A stretch of 53,327 bases of DNA, the filler included, from Catajapyx aquilonaris (lineage: Eukaryota), in NCBI GenBank assembly GCA_000934665.2. It is 2 parts of 2 records of this genome, joined end to end, with 100 filler letters (N's around TTAATTAATTAA, not from the genome) between each part and the next. Parts side by side here need not be neighbours in the genome. Positions count along the whole stretch, not along the records: positions 26,681 to 53,327 come from KZ539301.1; 1 more part is not named here. One strand, given 5' to 3'. Below are positions 35,901 through 48,773 of this stretch, piece by piece. Below the pieces are notes generated by a model that saw only the letters and a list, made by a program, of their open reading frames with translations, was not told the DNA's origin and did not search any database. A program made the translations under genes and the position numbers. How positions within the stretch are numbered: position 1 is the first letter of the stretch; each line of letters starts with the position of its first letter.

Positions 35901-36779
35901 ACCCCCCCACATTACTTACGGCGACCCGGCCCAATCGCTATCGCCCCGTCCCATCATCGTCCTCATTGCTATTCGGTTGACCTGGCCCTATACTCGAGGT
36001 GCTCATCACACCCCGTAACTGGTGGGCCAATAGGCCTATAAATGGAGGGGGGGTCAACGATCTTGTAAACACAGCCATTGTCTGGGCACCTGAGGAACCT
36101 GTTGCTACATCTTGAAGGAAATGCGGCCATTTTCAAATCATTTCAATGTACCCACTGATTTTTGGCCCATACTTTCAAATTACTATGTGCCTTTGACTAC
36201 AGCTAGGTTCAGCCCAGGTATTGATTATCCGCTCAAAAATGGATGCAATTTGTGTCCACTGGCTGACGCAATTCGACATGTTCACGGATTTATTGGTGCG
36301 CTCAGTCTCCTGTGTGTGTGCCTGGAAATCACCCGGCATTTAAAACGAGGCCTAAAATCCGAGGTATGATGGTGGGGAGGGGAGGGGACATTGGCAGATT
36401 TTTATGTCAGATTCCACACTCGCAGACTCAAATTCCAACCCTGATTCCCATCTGGGCGATTCCATCGTTACGGCCATAACATTTACACGAGTCGCTTTTT
36501 ATACGTACTTCAGTTTGCTCTCGCAGGATTATAGCATTTCATATTATTACATTGTGGTGTGCATCACTCATTATCCGCTGAAACGCCGCAAAAAAAAGTA
36601 CAGTATATAGGATGTAATATGGCACTTATGTTGGGTTTGGTGTTTACTTGCCGCGAAATGACTTTTGATACACACCTGAAAAAATCTAGGAGATAATGAG
36701 TTGCAGAAGTCACGTCTCTCAAAAAACAAATTCGACATCAAAACCCCACAAAATTAGTTCTGTTATTATGTTGGGGAAG

Positions 36780-36932
36780 ATGAGGCCATGAGTGGGAAGA
36801 AGCGTGTTTTGGGCAGGGGGAGGAGACCCCCCCAACAGAACTTCCCTCAGACAATAATCCCCCGCCCGACCCGGGCCCGAACTCGCGGCCCCAGAGGCTG
36901 CTGCTGTGACATGAACCACCACGCCACAGGTG
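36780..36932 (-). mobile_element. Possible degenerate tRNA-derived SINE head
   Basis: The minus strand reads TGGCGTGGTGGTT ... GAGTTCGGGCCC with A/B-box-like spacing; no TSD or second copy seen. Confidence 0.3.
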
Positions 36933-39900
36933 CTGCCTTCGCACATATGTAAGCAGTGTCTTGTTACGATCCTAACCTCGTGCGACCTCATAAAATGTTT
37001 GTCCAGCGATAATAGTTTCTTCCGTTACAGAAAATGTCATATTTGCTCCATCCTCAAATTCAGACTGGAATGTCTATCGACATTCCTGCGTACGCCAGGT
37101 GACAGGTGTTCGTTCTCGTTAGCGTTTTCGTTGACGACACCCCCCCCCCCCAATAAACAAACAAAGAAAGAAATATTGTCATACGCTGATGACTTTTTAG
37201 TGTGACGTCACGCTGGTACTTTATGAACGGCCCCTATCGAGTTTCTTCCCGCAACGTAAAATTGCGTGTGACGGAAAACCAAGAAACTGGCCACTATTCG
37301 TGACTACGTGCGATTAGTGATTACACTATACAAAATGTACAGGTGATTACGCGAGTGCCCAACCCCTCCAGGAAAACTCATCCCTTGCCTTCTTCCGCCC
37401 AGGTATATCATATATTTGACATAAAATATGGTCACCCAAATTGTCAGCTTGTGTCGAAAACTCCATCTCCTTATACCGGAGCGCCATCGTCCGACCTGAA
37501 AGCGAGTCCATCCGACATTTTTTTTCCCCGGCGGCCGCGGCCCACCAATAAGGCGGACTATCAGGCAGTGATACATGGGCAGGTGGCAGCCTCAAGGCCA
37601 GTCAGTCAGTCCCCTTGCAAGTCCCCCTCCCCCCAGAACACTATAATCCTTGCCGGCCAGGTAACAACACCTCGCAACTCGGTTAATTATTCATCTCCGG
37701 CCAAAACCAGGCTATCCTGGAGGGACCCTGCTGGAAGGAAGCCTCTCTTTCTCGAAATCCTTGTGTCCCCTTCTTTCTTCTAAACCTTCTGACCACACCC
37801 ACAGTGGCCTTCATTTCCTTCTACCATCGCCCAGATGACTTGCACGTTTCCACGAGCGCGTGAAACGGCCTCTGCTTCCTTACCAAGCTTTCTATTCCAG
37901 CATAATGTGGCCGCCTTTTGCCTTTCTCTCCCCCCTTTTTTTTTTGTCTCCAAATTTTATTGTCTCAATTTTTTTCCCAACCCGTAACATAATTATAGCC
38001 AGCTTTCCGAATAGCAGCAGGCTTTCCATATTAGTTCGGAACACAAAATCTGCACAATAACACTCAATTATTCAGCATCGATTAGCACTTTAAAAGGTGG
38101 GCCACCAGAGGGGGTGGATCTAAAACAAGTTTGGCAGCCCGGCCGCAGTATGACCGAAGTATCTTGCTGCAATGTTGTAAACAGCCAGTGTCCAGCGTTT
38201 CGGAGTTAATTTTAATCCGGGACTGTCACACTGTGTTTGCCTCGACTGCAGCAGCATTTTGCTATTTCCGTGCATGTCATTCTGGATGGACGTTACAAAA
38301 GGTGTCACTCTCCTTATTTTTGTGTGGTGGAAACCCCCCCCCCCCCCCAACACACACAAAGCTGTTAGCCTGCGACATTTCGGACCCCCCTTGTTTTTAC
38401 CATTTTCATCCACTGTGTGGTATTGTCCAAATATTATGATTCGTTCCGTGCACTGGTTCTGTGCGTTCTGGTGTAGTCGAAATTTGGAGCATGTCCGGCC
38501 CAATGAGTGGATTAGCATAACAATTTACACTGCAATTAGCTTCCCCTGTCATATATGAAGTGGACTATTATTGTATTAATATTAATGACCGCACCGTGCA
38601 ACTATTTTTACTGGTGTGATATATGGAACAAAACCTGGTTTTAATCACCAACAAAAATTAGCCCATGCATGCTTGTGGGTTTTCCGGCCTGCCGGATACA
38701 TATGTGAACTCATGCTGGTGCAATGTGTAGAGTTACGACGCCTCAAGCAGTTATCCCACAGGGGGAGGATAACAAAAGCGTAATATTGTCGGTGTTCATA
38801 TCGGAGGGCGAAAAAAAAACGGCCCACAATCTGCTATACTGTACAGTACAGTCACAGATTGGACATACGCTATACATTAAGATTAAATAATTGGCAGGAG
38901 ACAACCACGATTTCCTGCTGTACATGCTGAAGAAAGCCGTTTAGGTGCGACAGGAAGCATGCAAGCCACATGAGTAACCCTGCCTTTATTCCCATGTGGT
39001 ATAGCTAGTCAACCCCTAATCAGCCGGATGGTAATTAAATTGCGCACCAATCCTGTCAGGCATCCACAGCTATTATTAAGTAAACAGTTAATGAAAAGCA
39101 ATCTTGACATGCCTTAGTACAATCGGCCCCGGAGGTTGAACGTCGCTACCAACCCGTATTCCCTTCTATTCCTATAAGCAGATACGCCAAACGTCTGATT
39201 AAGCAAGTCGCAAATTGCATAAATTAATCACATCGAAACTGCCGGAATCCACTCATTCAAAAACACCTTACATCAAATGAAAGCAACCTGATACGCTATT
39301 GGTTCAGTAACCAATGCAGCTACATACACTATACTTCCAGAAATGACTCTTCCCCCGTTGGTATAGATTTATCAATAACTTCCTTCTAGAAGACGTCACT
39401 GCTCTGCCGTATACTGACGTGGTTTTAGACCTATATTATTCGGGGATAGGGGGATAAGTCGCGGACTTTGGAACGTTACTCTATGACACACCCTGCATTA
39501 CATATACTTTCAGACTTTTCCCTCCCATATTTCAAGAGCACTTACCCCGAGTTTTTAATTTTAAGCTGAAGGAGACTGCTACCTAACGCGCCTCCCTAGA
39601 TTATGCTCCTCATCCTTTCCGGACATGCGGAATTTCAAGTATCATTAATTATTGCTCGCTGATTGGTAGCTCCGCAAGTTTGACTGAGATTGCCTCGTCT
39701 TCAACGCAACCTCCCATAATCTCGGGATCTTCATTACACTCGCGCATTCTAAGGCATCCAACTGTCCAGTATTCGCGCCCCCCNCTCCCCCAACAAAAAA
39801 ACAAAAAAACAAAAAAAACGGAACCTACAATGCCATTTACCCCAATCCTGCAGATAAAAACATCGACATTTGGACATATGCTTTTAAAAACCCCGTTAAT

Positions 39901-40292
39901 TTTTAGGACATAACCACCTTGTACCACGTTTGATACAGTCAGTGCATTTTCATGCTACGGCCCATGTCGATATTCTGACTGCCCATTGTCGATCCTATAG
40001 GATGATTTTGGATCCCACCACCCCAACCACCCGAATGTTCCAGCGCCCATTTGGCGGGCCTTTTCCACTTTGGTTACGTCAGACCCCAACGTCCAGTCGG
40101 CAGCTGGAGATCGATCAGAGAGAGGAAGACGAGGAGGTGGTGGAGGAGGTTCGAAGGGTATATATACTGGAGGAGGGATGGGGGGAGACAAAGAACTTGG
40201 CAGGCAAAAAGGGAAGGCCTATGAAGCAAAAAGTAGAACACTTTTCACATTCTACTCTCTAACTCCCCCTCCCAGCAGACACATACACTCAC

Positions 40293-40385
40293 ATTCCTAT
40301 CAATGAGGCGTCGCTTCACAAAGGTGGGGGATTCGGTAACCAGGAGATTATCGCAACTGCCGAGCTCGAATTTCGCAGCTGTCAT
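40293..40385 (-). CDS. Candidate distal first coding exon of IVNS1ABP (MTAAKFELGSCDNLLVTESPTFVKRRLIDRN)
   Basis: AAAATG start context, 31 codons, then the consensus donor |GTGAGT in phase 0. It would be in frame with the IVNS1ABP exon if the TAG acceptor (exon start 22269) is used. Inference only. Confidence 0.4.
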
Positions 40386-43300
40386 TTTAGAAGCGGAGCT
40401 TGCAGGAGATATGGCCACATTATTTCGCTTTTCCCACCACCTAAAATTCCGGCCGGGGTCGTGACCCTTCTTGTGGCAATGTCCAAAATATTTCCTGGCC
40501 ACAGCTCGGCACTCCATGCATATTTTTTAAAATGCCGAGTAATCCTTCATGAAGTCACCTAATATCGAACATGCAGGCACAGGCAAACATGAGTATATCA
40601 TCACAGCATTACAGTACCGGCCCATACGTAATCCCTAGGGGGTAGCGCAATTGTTCTTGCAATACGTGACAAGATCTTATAAGCCCCCATGGCACACCCA
40701 CCAGTAAGTATCAAACATGTATATGCATTCCATGCAATCGATCGTTATATCAGACGTGCCACATAACCTTTCCGGTATTTGTTTTTTCCTCCCTTCCACT
40801 TCCAACTCATTCGGTTGTGCAAATATCACTCTCCAGGTTTCAAATCTCGCCACGTGCTGATAAAATCCGAAATGGGTCGTAGCATTTAGCCTTCCTGAAA
40901 CAATTGAGCAATCCCAGATCTGTTTGAGCGATCCGCATTCTTCCCTGCATACAAATAGCGGCCAAACTCAGTAATAGTCGGGCAAACACGTCTAACGTCA
41001 TGCTACAACTCCCAGCACAATTTTTTAAATATCAAAAGGGGGTGACTGAAAAACAGCTTTCATATATAGGCCTATGCACCAGGAAGGCAGAAACATAGTG
41101 TGCTAGAGCTCTGTAAGACGTGCCACAATTTATTGCCGCGTTACCAGCACATCCAGTGGCAAGGATTCACATATTATGCTTTATGTCCTATTGATGGGAC
41201 ACTATAGAATGGACTCTAAAGTAGTAGAGAGGGTAAATCGCTCATCTCCCAATGTGCGAATAGCAGCATTAGTCTGTCCGCCCACCCATGATCGCAACTA
41301 GGTCCAAATTACATCCCCGTTCCCCCAACCCTGCTTCATCAATCGAAGTACAACTGGAAAATTAATGGCTTATCAGGACTAATCACAAGATCGTCCTTCC
41401 CCAACTGCCACCTAAACTGATTTTATTCAACCCGATAGTCTGCTGGCAATTACAGCATAAAAATTCAAGATGATCAAGCGTCCCGATAAAAACAATCCAA
41501 TAAGTCACAAGGCGGCTATTAATCGCCCACTGTGACAGCCCCCTTTATCGCAAAGCTAGTTTGTATTGACAAATCCCCTCTTCGCATTTCACATTGCCAA
41601 TCTCCCCCTTTCTCNNNNNNCCCCCCCCCCCCACCTATACCCTTTTTTTAACTGAAAAAAAAATCTTACCCATCGACAGCACACTTTAATCAATTGTCTG
41701 CCTCACTGCTCACTCCTGACGACACACCCTCTCCCATGGAAAAAAAAAAGAGGAAAAGCCTACTTGGGCCTACTTATTTTGCTATTGGCCCGGCAACAAA
41801 GCCTCTTGGGATTGGCGCCATGTCAGCACGTAACAATTGAGTCCTCCCTCCCCTCCTACCATTCAGCCAGGGCTAAGAATGGCCTTCCTCGGCCGTACGA
41901 GAAAATCGATCTACATTCTCACGGTGAATGCATGCCTCATTCACCCATCGGTTGCAGCCAATAGGCGCATTCTTACGCCCAAAATCCCCCCTGGCCCCAG
42001 GCCCTCTCACAACAATTGGGGGGATGGGATTTTCGACTTGTTTGGCCGCACCCCACAACCTCATCACAAAGTGCCTCATGAATGGTATCAATCGCTCGCT
42101 GTAGATGTTATTTTTTCTTCAAAATCTGCATCCGTCGATTTTGGCACTTTCCACCCGAATTCGTAGTTCGGACACATCTCCTTTGACATCTGAACCGCAT
42201 CTTGCATTCAATCGAATTAACCCACCTGTATACGGTACGGAACACTCAACCTGTAGACGAAAGATGCCACTTCCTGGTAGAAAATGTGAACCCCCCACTT
42301 ACCTAGTAATTAGGCTCCGGTCCAATACTGACATCGGCGGAATACACTTTGTCGGTGGAAATGGCCTCGGCTGAGCATGCCCACCCTATTCATCAACCCC
42401 TGCCTCCAGCCTGCCTAACCTAACCTACTCCAAGTTGAGACCCCAATACCTTTGCTCCATGCTCCAGCATCACCGCAGTCTGGTAACTCATCCGTTCCAC
42501 TCCGTCAGGGGAGATATGCAGCTCTCCTGCTGTTTATGATGGACGGCATAGAGCCATAGATCAATATAGAAGTCGCGACCATTGGCATCTGATCCTGCAG
42601 TGCACCTGGCCACTAATCCCATTAAGAAATTCAGATATCACATACCCAACTATATCCCTTGTTCCTATAGCAATAAAAAACTGCGGCACAATACCTATTT
42701 TTGCTGGGTCTAAATGGACCGAAAGAGAATAGCCAGTAATTCAGCCAGGTGAACAGGACAAACTGCACCCACGAGAAGGGGAGATGCAGTGGTTGCAGTC
42801 CTATACTCACGGTTCAATAGATGGAAGTCGTTCGGAAAATTGTCTGAAACTCTGAATCGACACATTGGATTATCGATGTGGGAAGTCAAGAAAATGAGAT
42901 GCAATAGTAGGCATGATTAGAACGACTTGTATCATGTGGCATACTCGTCAACGATACGAAAGGTATACCTATTGATTACCATATGACCTGGAAAACTGCT
43001 TGTCATAGAGCATACGGGGTTCGCGTTACGCAGGGTTAATAAGCAAAATGCGCCTATAGTACTGATCCCAAGAATTGATAACAAATAAGCAACAGAATTT
43101 CCAATATCGCTGAAAAATGTCTGGAATTTTCTCTCGCGAGATTGTGAGCCAGTTGCAGCCCATCAACACAAATTAGGGAGCATCTTCTATTACACGTAGA
43201 TACTGTTAAGAACATAATACTTTTAGAAGATCGCCTTAATTTGACTCGACAAAACAGACCCTTAGTGTCCGATTTCATCATGTGAAGATACTGTAGCTCT

Positions 43301-43824
43301 CTTGTAAATGCCAACCGACTATAAATCGCAATATTAAACGTTAAAAAGCTGCTCTCGCAATTGTGGTTCTGCCGGTGTGCATGTCAATAAGACTTACTCG
43401 ATCATGCAAGCGCGCCTATATAATTATTCCACAGTACAATTTGCTTTATGTGGCATCCTACAACATCGAGCTGTACAGGATATTCGCCAAGGTGCATACG
43501 GTCATGAACCGTTTCCTGCATTTTTTCCCCGCCATCCCTCATTTGCAAGTCACATCACATACCTGCATTTCCAATGCAGAAAAATTCATTTCCAAGCAAC
43601 TACAAGTGTCAATGAGACCGACAGTAAATCCCCCACCAAAAACAGAGAATTTGCGTGCTCCGTCACTCCCAATCTGGCTGACGTTACAAGTCATACCCTA
43701 TTCACACCCCGTAGTCATCATCACGCCCCGAGATGGGAATGACTCATCTCCAAATGACACCCCTCTCTCATCTGCAAACCGTCCCAGCTCCTCAAAAACT
43801 GTGTCAACTGCGTGTGACCCCCCC

Positions 43825-44029
43825 NNNNNNNNNNNNNNNNNNNNNNNNNNNNNNNNNNNNNNNNNNNNNNNNNNNNNNNNNNNNNNNNNNNNNNNNNNNN
43901 NNNNNNNNNNNNNNNNNNNNNNNNNNNNNNNNNNNNNNNNNNNNNNNNNNNNNNNNNNNNNNNNNNNNNNNNNNNNNNNNNNNNNNNNNNNNNNNNNNNN
44001 NNNNNNNNNNNNNNNNNNNNNNNNNNNNN
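43825..44029. other. Assembly gap flanked by poly-C runs
   Basis: Run of N. Confidence 0.95.
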
Positions 44030-45398
44030 CCCCCCCCCCCACCCCCTTTTCCTTCCCACATGTGACCCACTATCCCTCCCTTTGTTCTATTCCTTCTCGC
44101 ACTTTCTCACAATTCCACATTTCGGGCGGGTTTCCTCGGCAGAGTGCGTGCAGGGGCAGCCACCCATACTCGGGCTACGCCCTTCTTCCCCCCTGGCGCT
44201 AAATAACTAATTATGTTATGAAGTCACTATGTCAGATTATTACGGCGTAGGTGTTGCGGCATGAATATCAACCTTGTGTAGGTACCGTTCGCTCTTGAGT
44301 GGAGGACATAATTTTTGTCAACTACATACATGGGCGACTTTGTTGAAACAATATGTCCATTTAGCTTAGTACCAACTTTTCCTGCGTGGACAAGAGTATT
44401 TTTTAAATACAAATATTGCACAACTGCAATGGAGTCTCCGTTTGACACACAGCAGTTGTGTTACGAGCGTATACTGGCATAAACAGCATGTCATTTACTG
44501 TATGTCATAATGTGATATGGGGGAAGGGGGGACGGACATGGCCATTCGTTGCAGCAAGCTGGCTATATTCTCGAATAAAAATTTGTTTTTCAAAAATTCT
44601 CATCATGCAGCTGACGTGTTGAAATTCCCAAGTGGAATTATTTTTCAAAAGCCAACGTCAACCAGCGACAGTTTGGCAAATATTTTGACTTTCCAAATTT
44701 CATTGCCATTGAGGTACATTGCTAGTATTGTAGTTCCAAACACCCCTTAATGAAGGTAACCATCATATTCATCACATTAGTTATTTAGTAGTTCCTTCGA
44801 TCTTCAACCCTATTGCTTTCAGGGAGCTGAAAATAAGGTATATGTTCGTACCGTAAGTATCCACCACGTCAATTCTGAGCCAAATGTTTATAAAACACCG
44901 AGTGTCATTCTTAATGATTTATTATGGAAATATCGCGTCGTGTCTCGGGATTTCGTCTTACAATGGTTTATGAGTTAGGGGATATGGTCAAGCTCTGTTC
45001 TCCTGAATGTATGGGAGCTATATAGTATGATAAATTCAGGCACTATCCACGGTCATTCTGCAGGACTACTATACCTTACCCGGAAGAAATTCTCTATAAT
45101 TATGTCGCTATATCTGAGACGGTTATAATTGCGTAGATCGTCTGGGGCGTTACCACATTTTATGTAACACCCTCAAATGTGCACTCCTATTCTGCCCAAC
45201 CCATAAAATCCTTGCGGAAGATGGGACGCACCCAGACTATCTACTAACTTGCAGTTCACTGACTCCCAGCATTTTGTAAAATGCAATAACTCATTGCTTT
45301 GAGAAACTGTGCAAACAAAGGCGAACCGGTATTAAAACTAATGTTCCAAAAATTTTCCTTTATACTGTATAGGGAGTGGAATATGTTATGCTTTATAG

Positions 45399-45651
45399 CA
45401 GTGCTTCCCAATTTCTTTCGTTGGCGACACCAAAAAATCGTCTTGTAAAATTTGCGACCCCCTATATGTGCACATTTCGATCCGCCATCATGAAAAGACA
45501 GGTAAACAGTGAAATGACCTTACCTTATGGTCGTGATTTTCAAGAAAGATAGCATCATTTTGTGAAAATAATTGGTTACCCTCCCTCGCGACCCCAAATA
45601 TTATTTTCGCGACCCCAAATGGGGTCGCGAACCACAATTTGGGAAGCACTG
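45399..45651. mobile_element. hAT (Charlie-like) MITE, 253 bp
   Basis: Perfect 13-bp TIR CAGTGCTTCCCAA and perfect 8-bp TSD CTTTATAG (45391-45398, 45652-45659). Subterminal hairpin TCGCGACCCC-AAAT-GGGGTCGCGA. Confidence 0.93.
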
Positions 45652-46240
45652 CTTTATAGGTATAAACACACAGTGTTCCAGTTGAGGTTTCCTTTTCAGT
45701 TTGCAAATTTTTCCGCCCCAAGTTGCTCATTATTAAACAGATACTTTCCAACACTTAAGGAGTTACATTATAGCTTCTAATATTACGTGTAATTGAGGGA
45801 CCTATTCGTTAAAGAACTGTGGGAAGGTGTAGCTTGTAAAAATATGGGTTCAATATTGGCCTCAGCTCTCAGATGCTAATGGGTTATGGTACGCGTCACT
45901 TTTAATGTCTTATAGGCTCGTTAATTCGCTACAATTCTGCAAGGCCTGAATGAATACTTCTACTATCATAATTTTCGACAATTTCTAAAATTGTTGGAAA
46001 GTAACCATTTAATTATTATTATTGTTCGAAAAAATCGCTACCCCAAACGGTCACCTCAACTGGAATCCAACATATATTGATTAAACCTAGAGGTCGTGAA
46101 TTCAGATAAAGGCGTACGAGATTCGCTATGATTCACCAAAAATTCCCCATGATTTGCATTCAATATTTCATTTTTTGCCTCCCTCTCTCTTGGGCCAGAT
46201 CATTAAAAAACTGCTTATTCCTTGGCTCATCCTTCGCACA

Positions 46241-46306
46241 TTATTTATTATTTATTATTATTCATCATCATCATCATTATTATTATTATTATTATTATGG
46301 TTGTTG

Positions 46307-46337
<31 letters not shown>
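46241..46337. repeat. Compound (TAT)/(CAT)/(TGT) microsatellite
   Basis: Read directly from the sequence. Confidence 0.9.
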
Positions 46338-47028
46338 ACCCAGTCACCACAAAGTACAGTACATGATGGCCACCGTACTGATACCACTAAACCAATCCCA
46401 CGAACACGCATGTTCTTTCACACAACACTTATTAGGCCCCAGTGCTCGTTCGTGGCAAAATAGTGGAGTAATGTCGATTTTCTATAACATGACCACACCA
46501 TGCATGACCTACCTTCATTGGAAACGGCACTGCAGGCTATACAGTAGGATTCGCATATCGAGCGGTACCGCACTGCTAACAGGACAGCCCTATTATTCAT
46601 CAATTAGCAATGCCATGCCCACAGTTCACTATGAACTTACACATCCATGATACATTACGCGCATCAAATTGGAAAATTATGTTCAATTCCAGCTTCGATT
46701 TCAGGCCATTCCGAATCACCAGACATCCTTCCCAAAGCCATCCCCGAGCTCCCATGTTATACTCCCAGAACGCTAGCCACTAAGCAAATTATTTGGTCTG
46801 CCTGGAAAACGCATCTGAATACGCCCCTTACCTTCCAGTCCATTATAATATTGCAGGGGGATTAGAACCCACAGGCAGCAAAACTCAAGATCTCCAGGAC
46901 GCACTCTGCCCGACTCTGTCTACAATTCCAATCGATTTACGCGATGCTGTAAATCCCTCGCTCCTATCCAGATTACCCTATTAATATTTCCAATGCGCCA
47001 CAACTGCCACGCACACCTGCGCTCTTAC

Positions 47029-47104
<76 letters not shown>
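47029..47104. repeat. (AAT)n microsatellite
   Basis: Read directly from the sequence. Confidence 0.95.
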
Positions 47105-47105
<1 letters not shown>

Positions 47106-48707
47106 GAGGATATTTGGTAGCAGCAGTGACGAATTAGAGGAATGGGCCCGTGCAGTGCAGGCCTATGATTCGTATTCCTGAGGCATATGGCAGAGTTTGG
47201 AAGCGTGCAGTCATGCCTTAAAAATCTACTCTGCCATGAGAATGGGTCTCTCCTGCGAACGTGCAAAGCCAGGTTTCACTCACATCCCGGTCTATTACAA
47301 TCAATAGGCCGGGGGTCGTGGCGTTGCAATTTACACCCGAATCCATTGCTAACAACAAAAGGTGGGGGTCTCATTTCTGCGCCCGCCGGGCCATTGTTGG
47401 TCTTCCGCAATATTGGCATCGGCCAAAAATATGTGTAAAAGAAGGGGGGAATATGAGCGGATTGCAAACTGGATTGCCGTTCTTTTTTTGCTGGCATATG
47501 TGACTTTTTTTCACTGCAGTATTTTTTCCATATGGACTCTAAAAATACTCCCATATCTCTTTACAGCCTGCTGGGTCAAAGTTGAAGACACTGGATGGGG
47601 GTAGTCGACTGCTTCAGTTATCAATTTGTTCCGGATGGATGACCAATGCTGTAAGTGACCACTTCGCCTTTCCAGAACACTCTTTTCCGCTGTTCTATTA
47701 CAAAAATCGGGAATCCCTAGCTGCTGGTGTGTCACCATTCTGTAGGCCCAGGTCCTCCTATATCAGGTTACATTATTTTTAAAAACCCTCGCGCCGCATT
47801 TGAACCCTTGCACAAACCCAGCTCAAAAACCGAGTCTCCAGCCACGAAACTCGGTCCTGCACGCTCGACTCCAGAAGCCAAAAAAACAACCCCGCTATTT
47901 ATAGTTTCCCAGAGAAAATGATTTCTTCAGAACTGGTCCTGCGGTGTGAAATCAGCCAACATCTGCTTGACATGGGGCGATGGGAGGGAGATTCTGAATA
48001 GGCCAAAAAATAGGGAAAAAACCGGGTAGGTTGCAGAAAAAGGTTCTTTTTTCTCTCTCTCCCCCTCTCCATTCCCTCGCAAAATCCTGGCCTACCAACC
48101 GCACCAAGAAGGTCTCCTTGGGAGAAGGTTCCAAAGCAGGCCTGATATTGTGCGAGTGTAGGAAATGCGACCCTAATTCCAAGACCCCATCCTACGTGTC
48201 GCTTCCTGTTGTGCAGCCGGTGAGAAGCCTCCCAACCTCAAATACTGGGGCCCCCTCTTTTATACCAGCCGGACCCTACCGATCATCTTGCACCATTTCG
48301 TGCCTACTGACTACGGTGTTGCCTAATAATTGCAGGGCTTGCTAAAATGCATTTTTGCGACTGGAGCCTACAGTGTGACTCACCCGGTTTCTCCACCTTG
48401 TAAGCCGGGTGCATTCCATGAGATGTGTTGGGTTGCTAGGCAGTGGGGTCCAATTATATTGATAATATGGCCCATTGTTACGTATATGATAAGTCACGCA
48501 ATTGGTGAAATGCTACAGATCCGACTAGGCACTGGTTATGTAAAATGTTATTTTTCAGTTTGGAAAACTGCGGGTTCATGTCCCTCAGGCCCCCCCCCCC
48601 CTCTACCATGGTATGGCAAATATTTGGCACGGCATCAACTTGGGCTAGTTAAAGTAGGCCTAATGTGATTTCGTCCAACTCGCAATATCTCAAACGGTGG
48701 CAGCAAC

Positions 48708-48721
48708 AATAATAATAATAA

Positions 48722-48755
<34 letters not shown>

Positions 48756-48773
48756 GTTATTATTATTATTATT
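48708..48773. repeat. Tail-to-tail (AAT)n/(TTA)n microsatellite
   Basis: Read directly from the sequence. Confidence 0.9.

Noticed and set aside
43363..44202. 279-aa ORF and neighbouring ORFs
   Set aside because: Length is inflated by the N gap; no recognisable domain.
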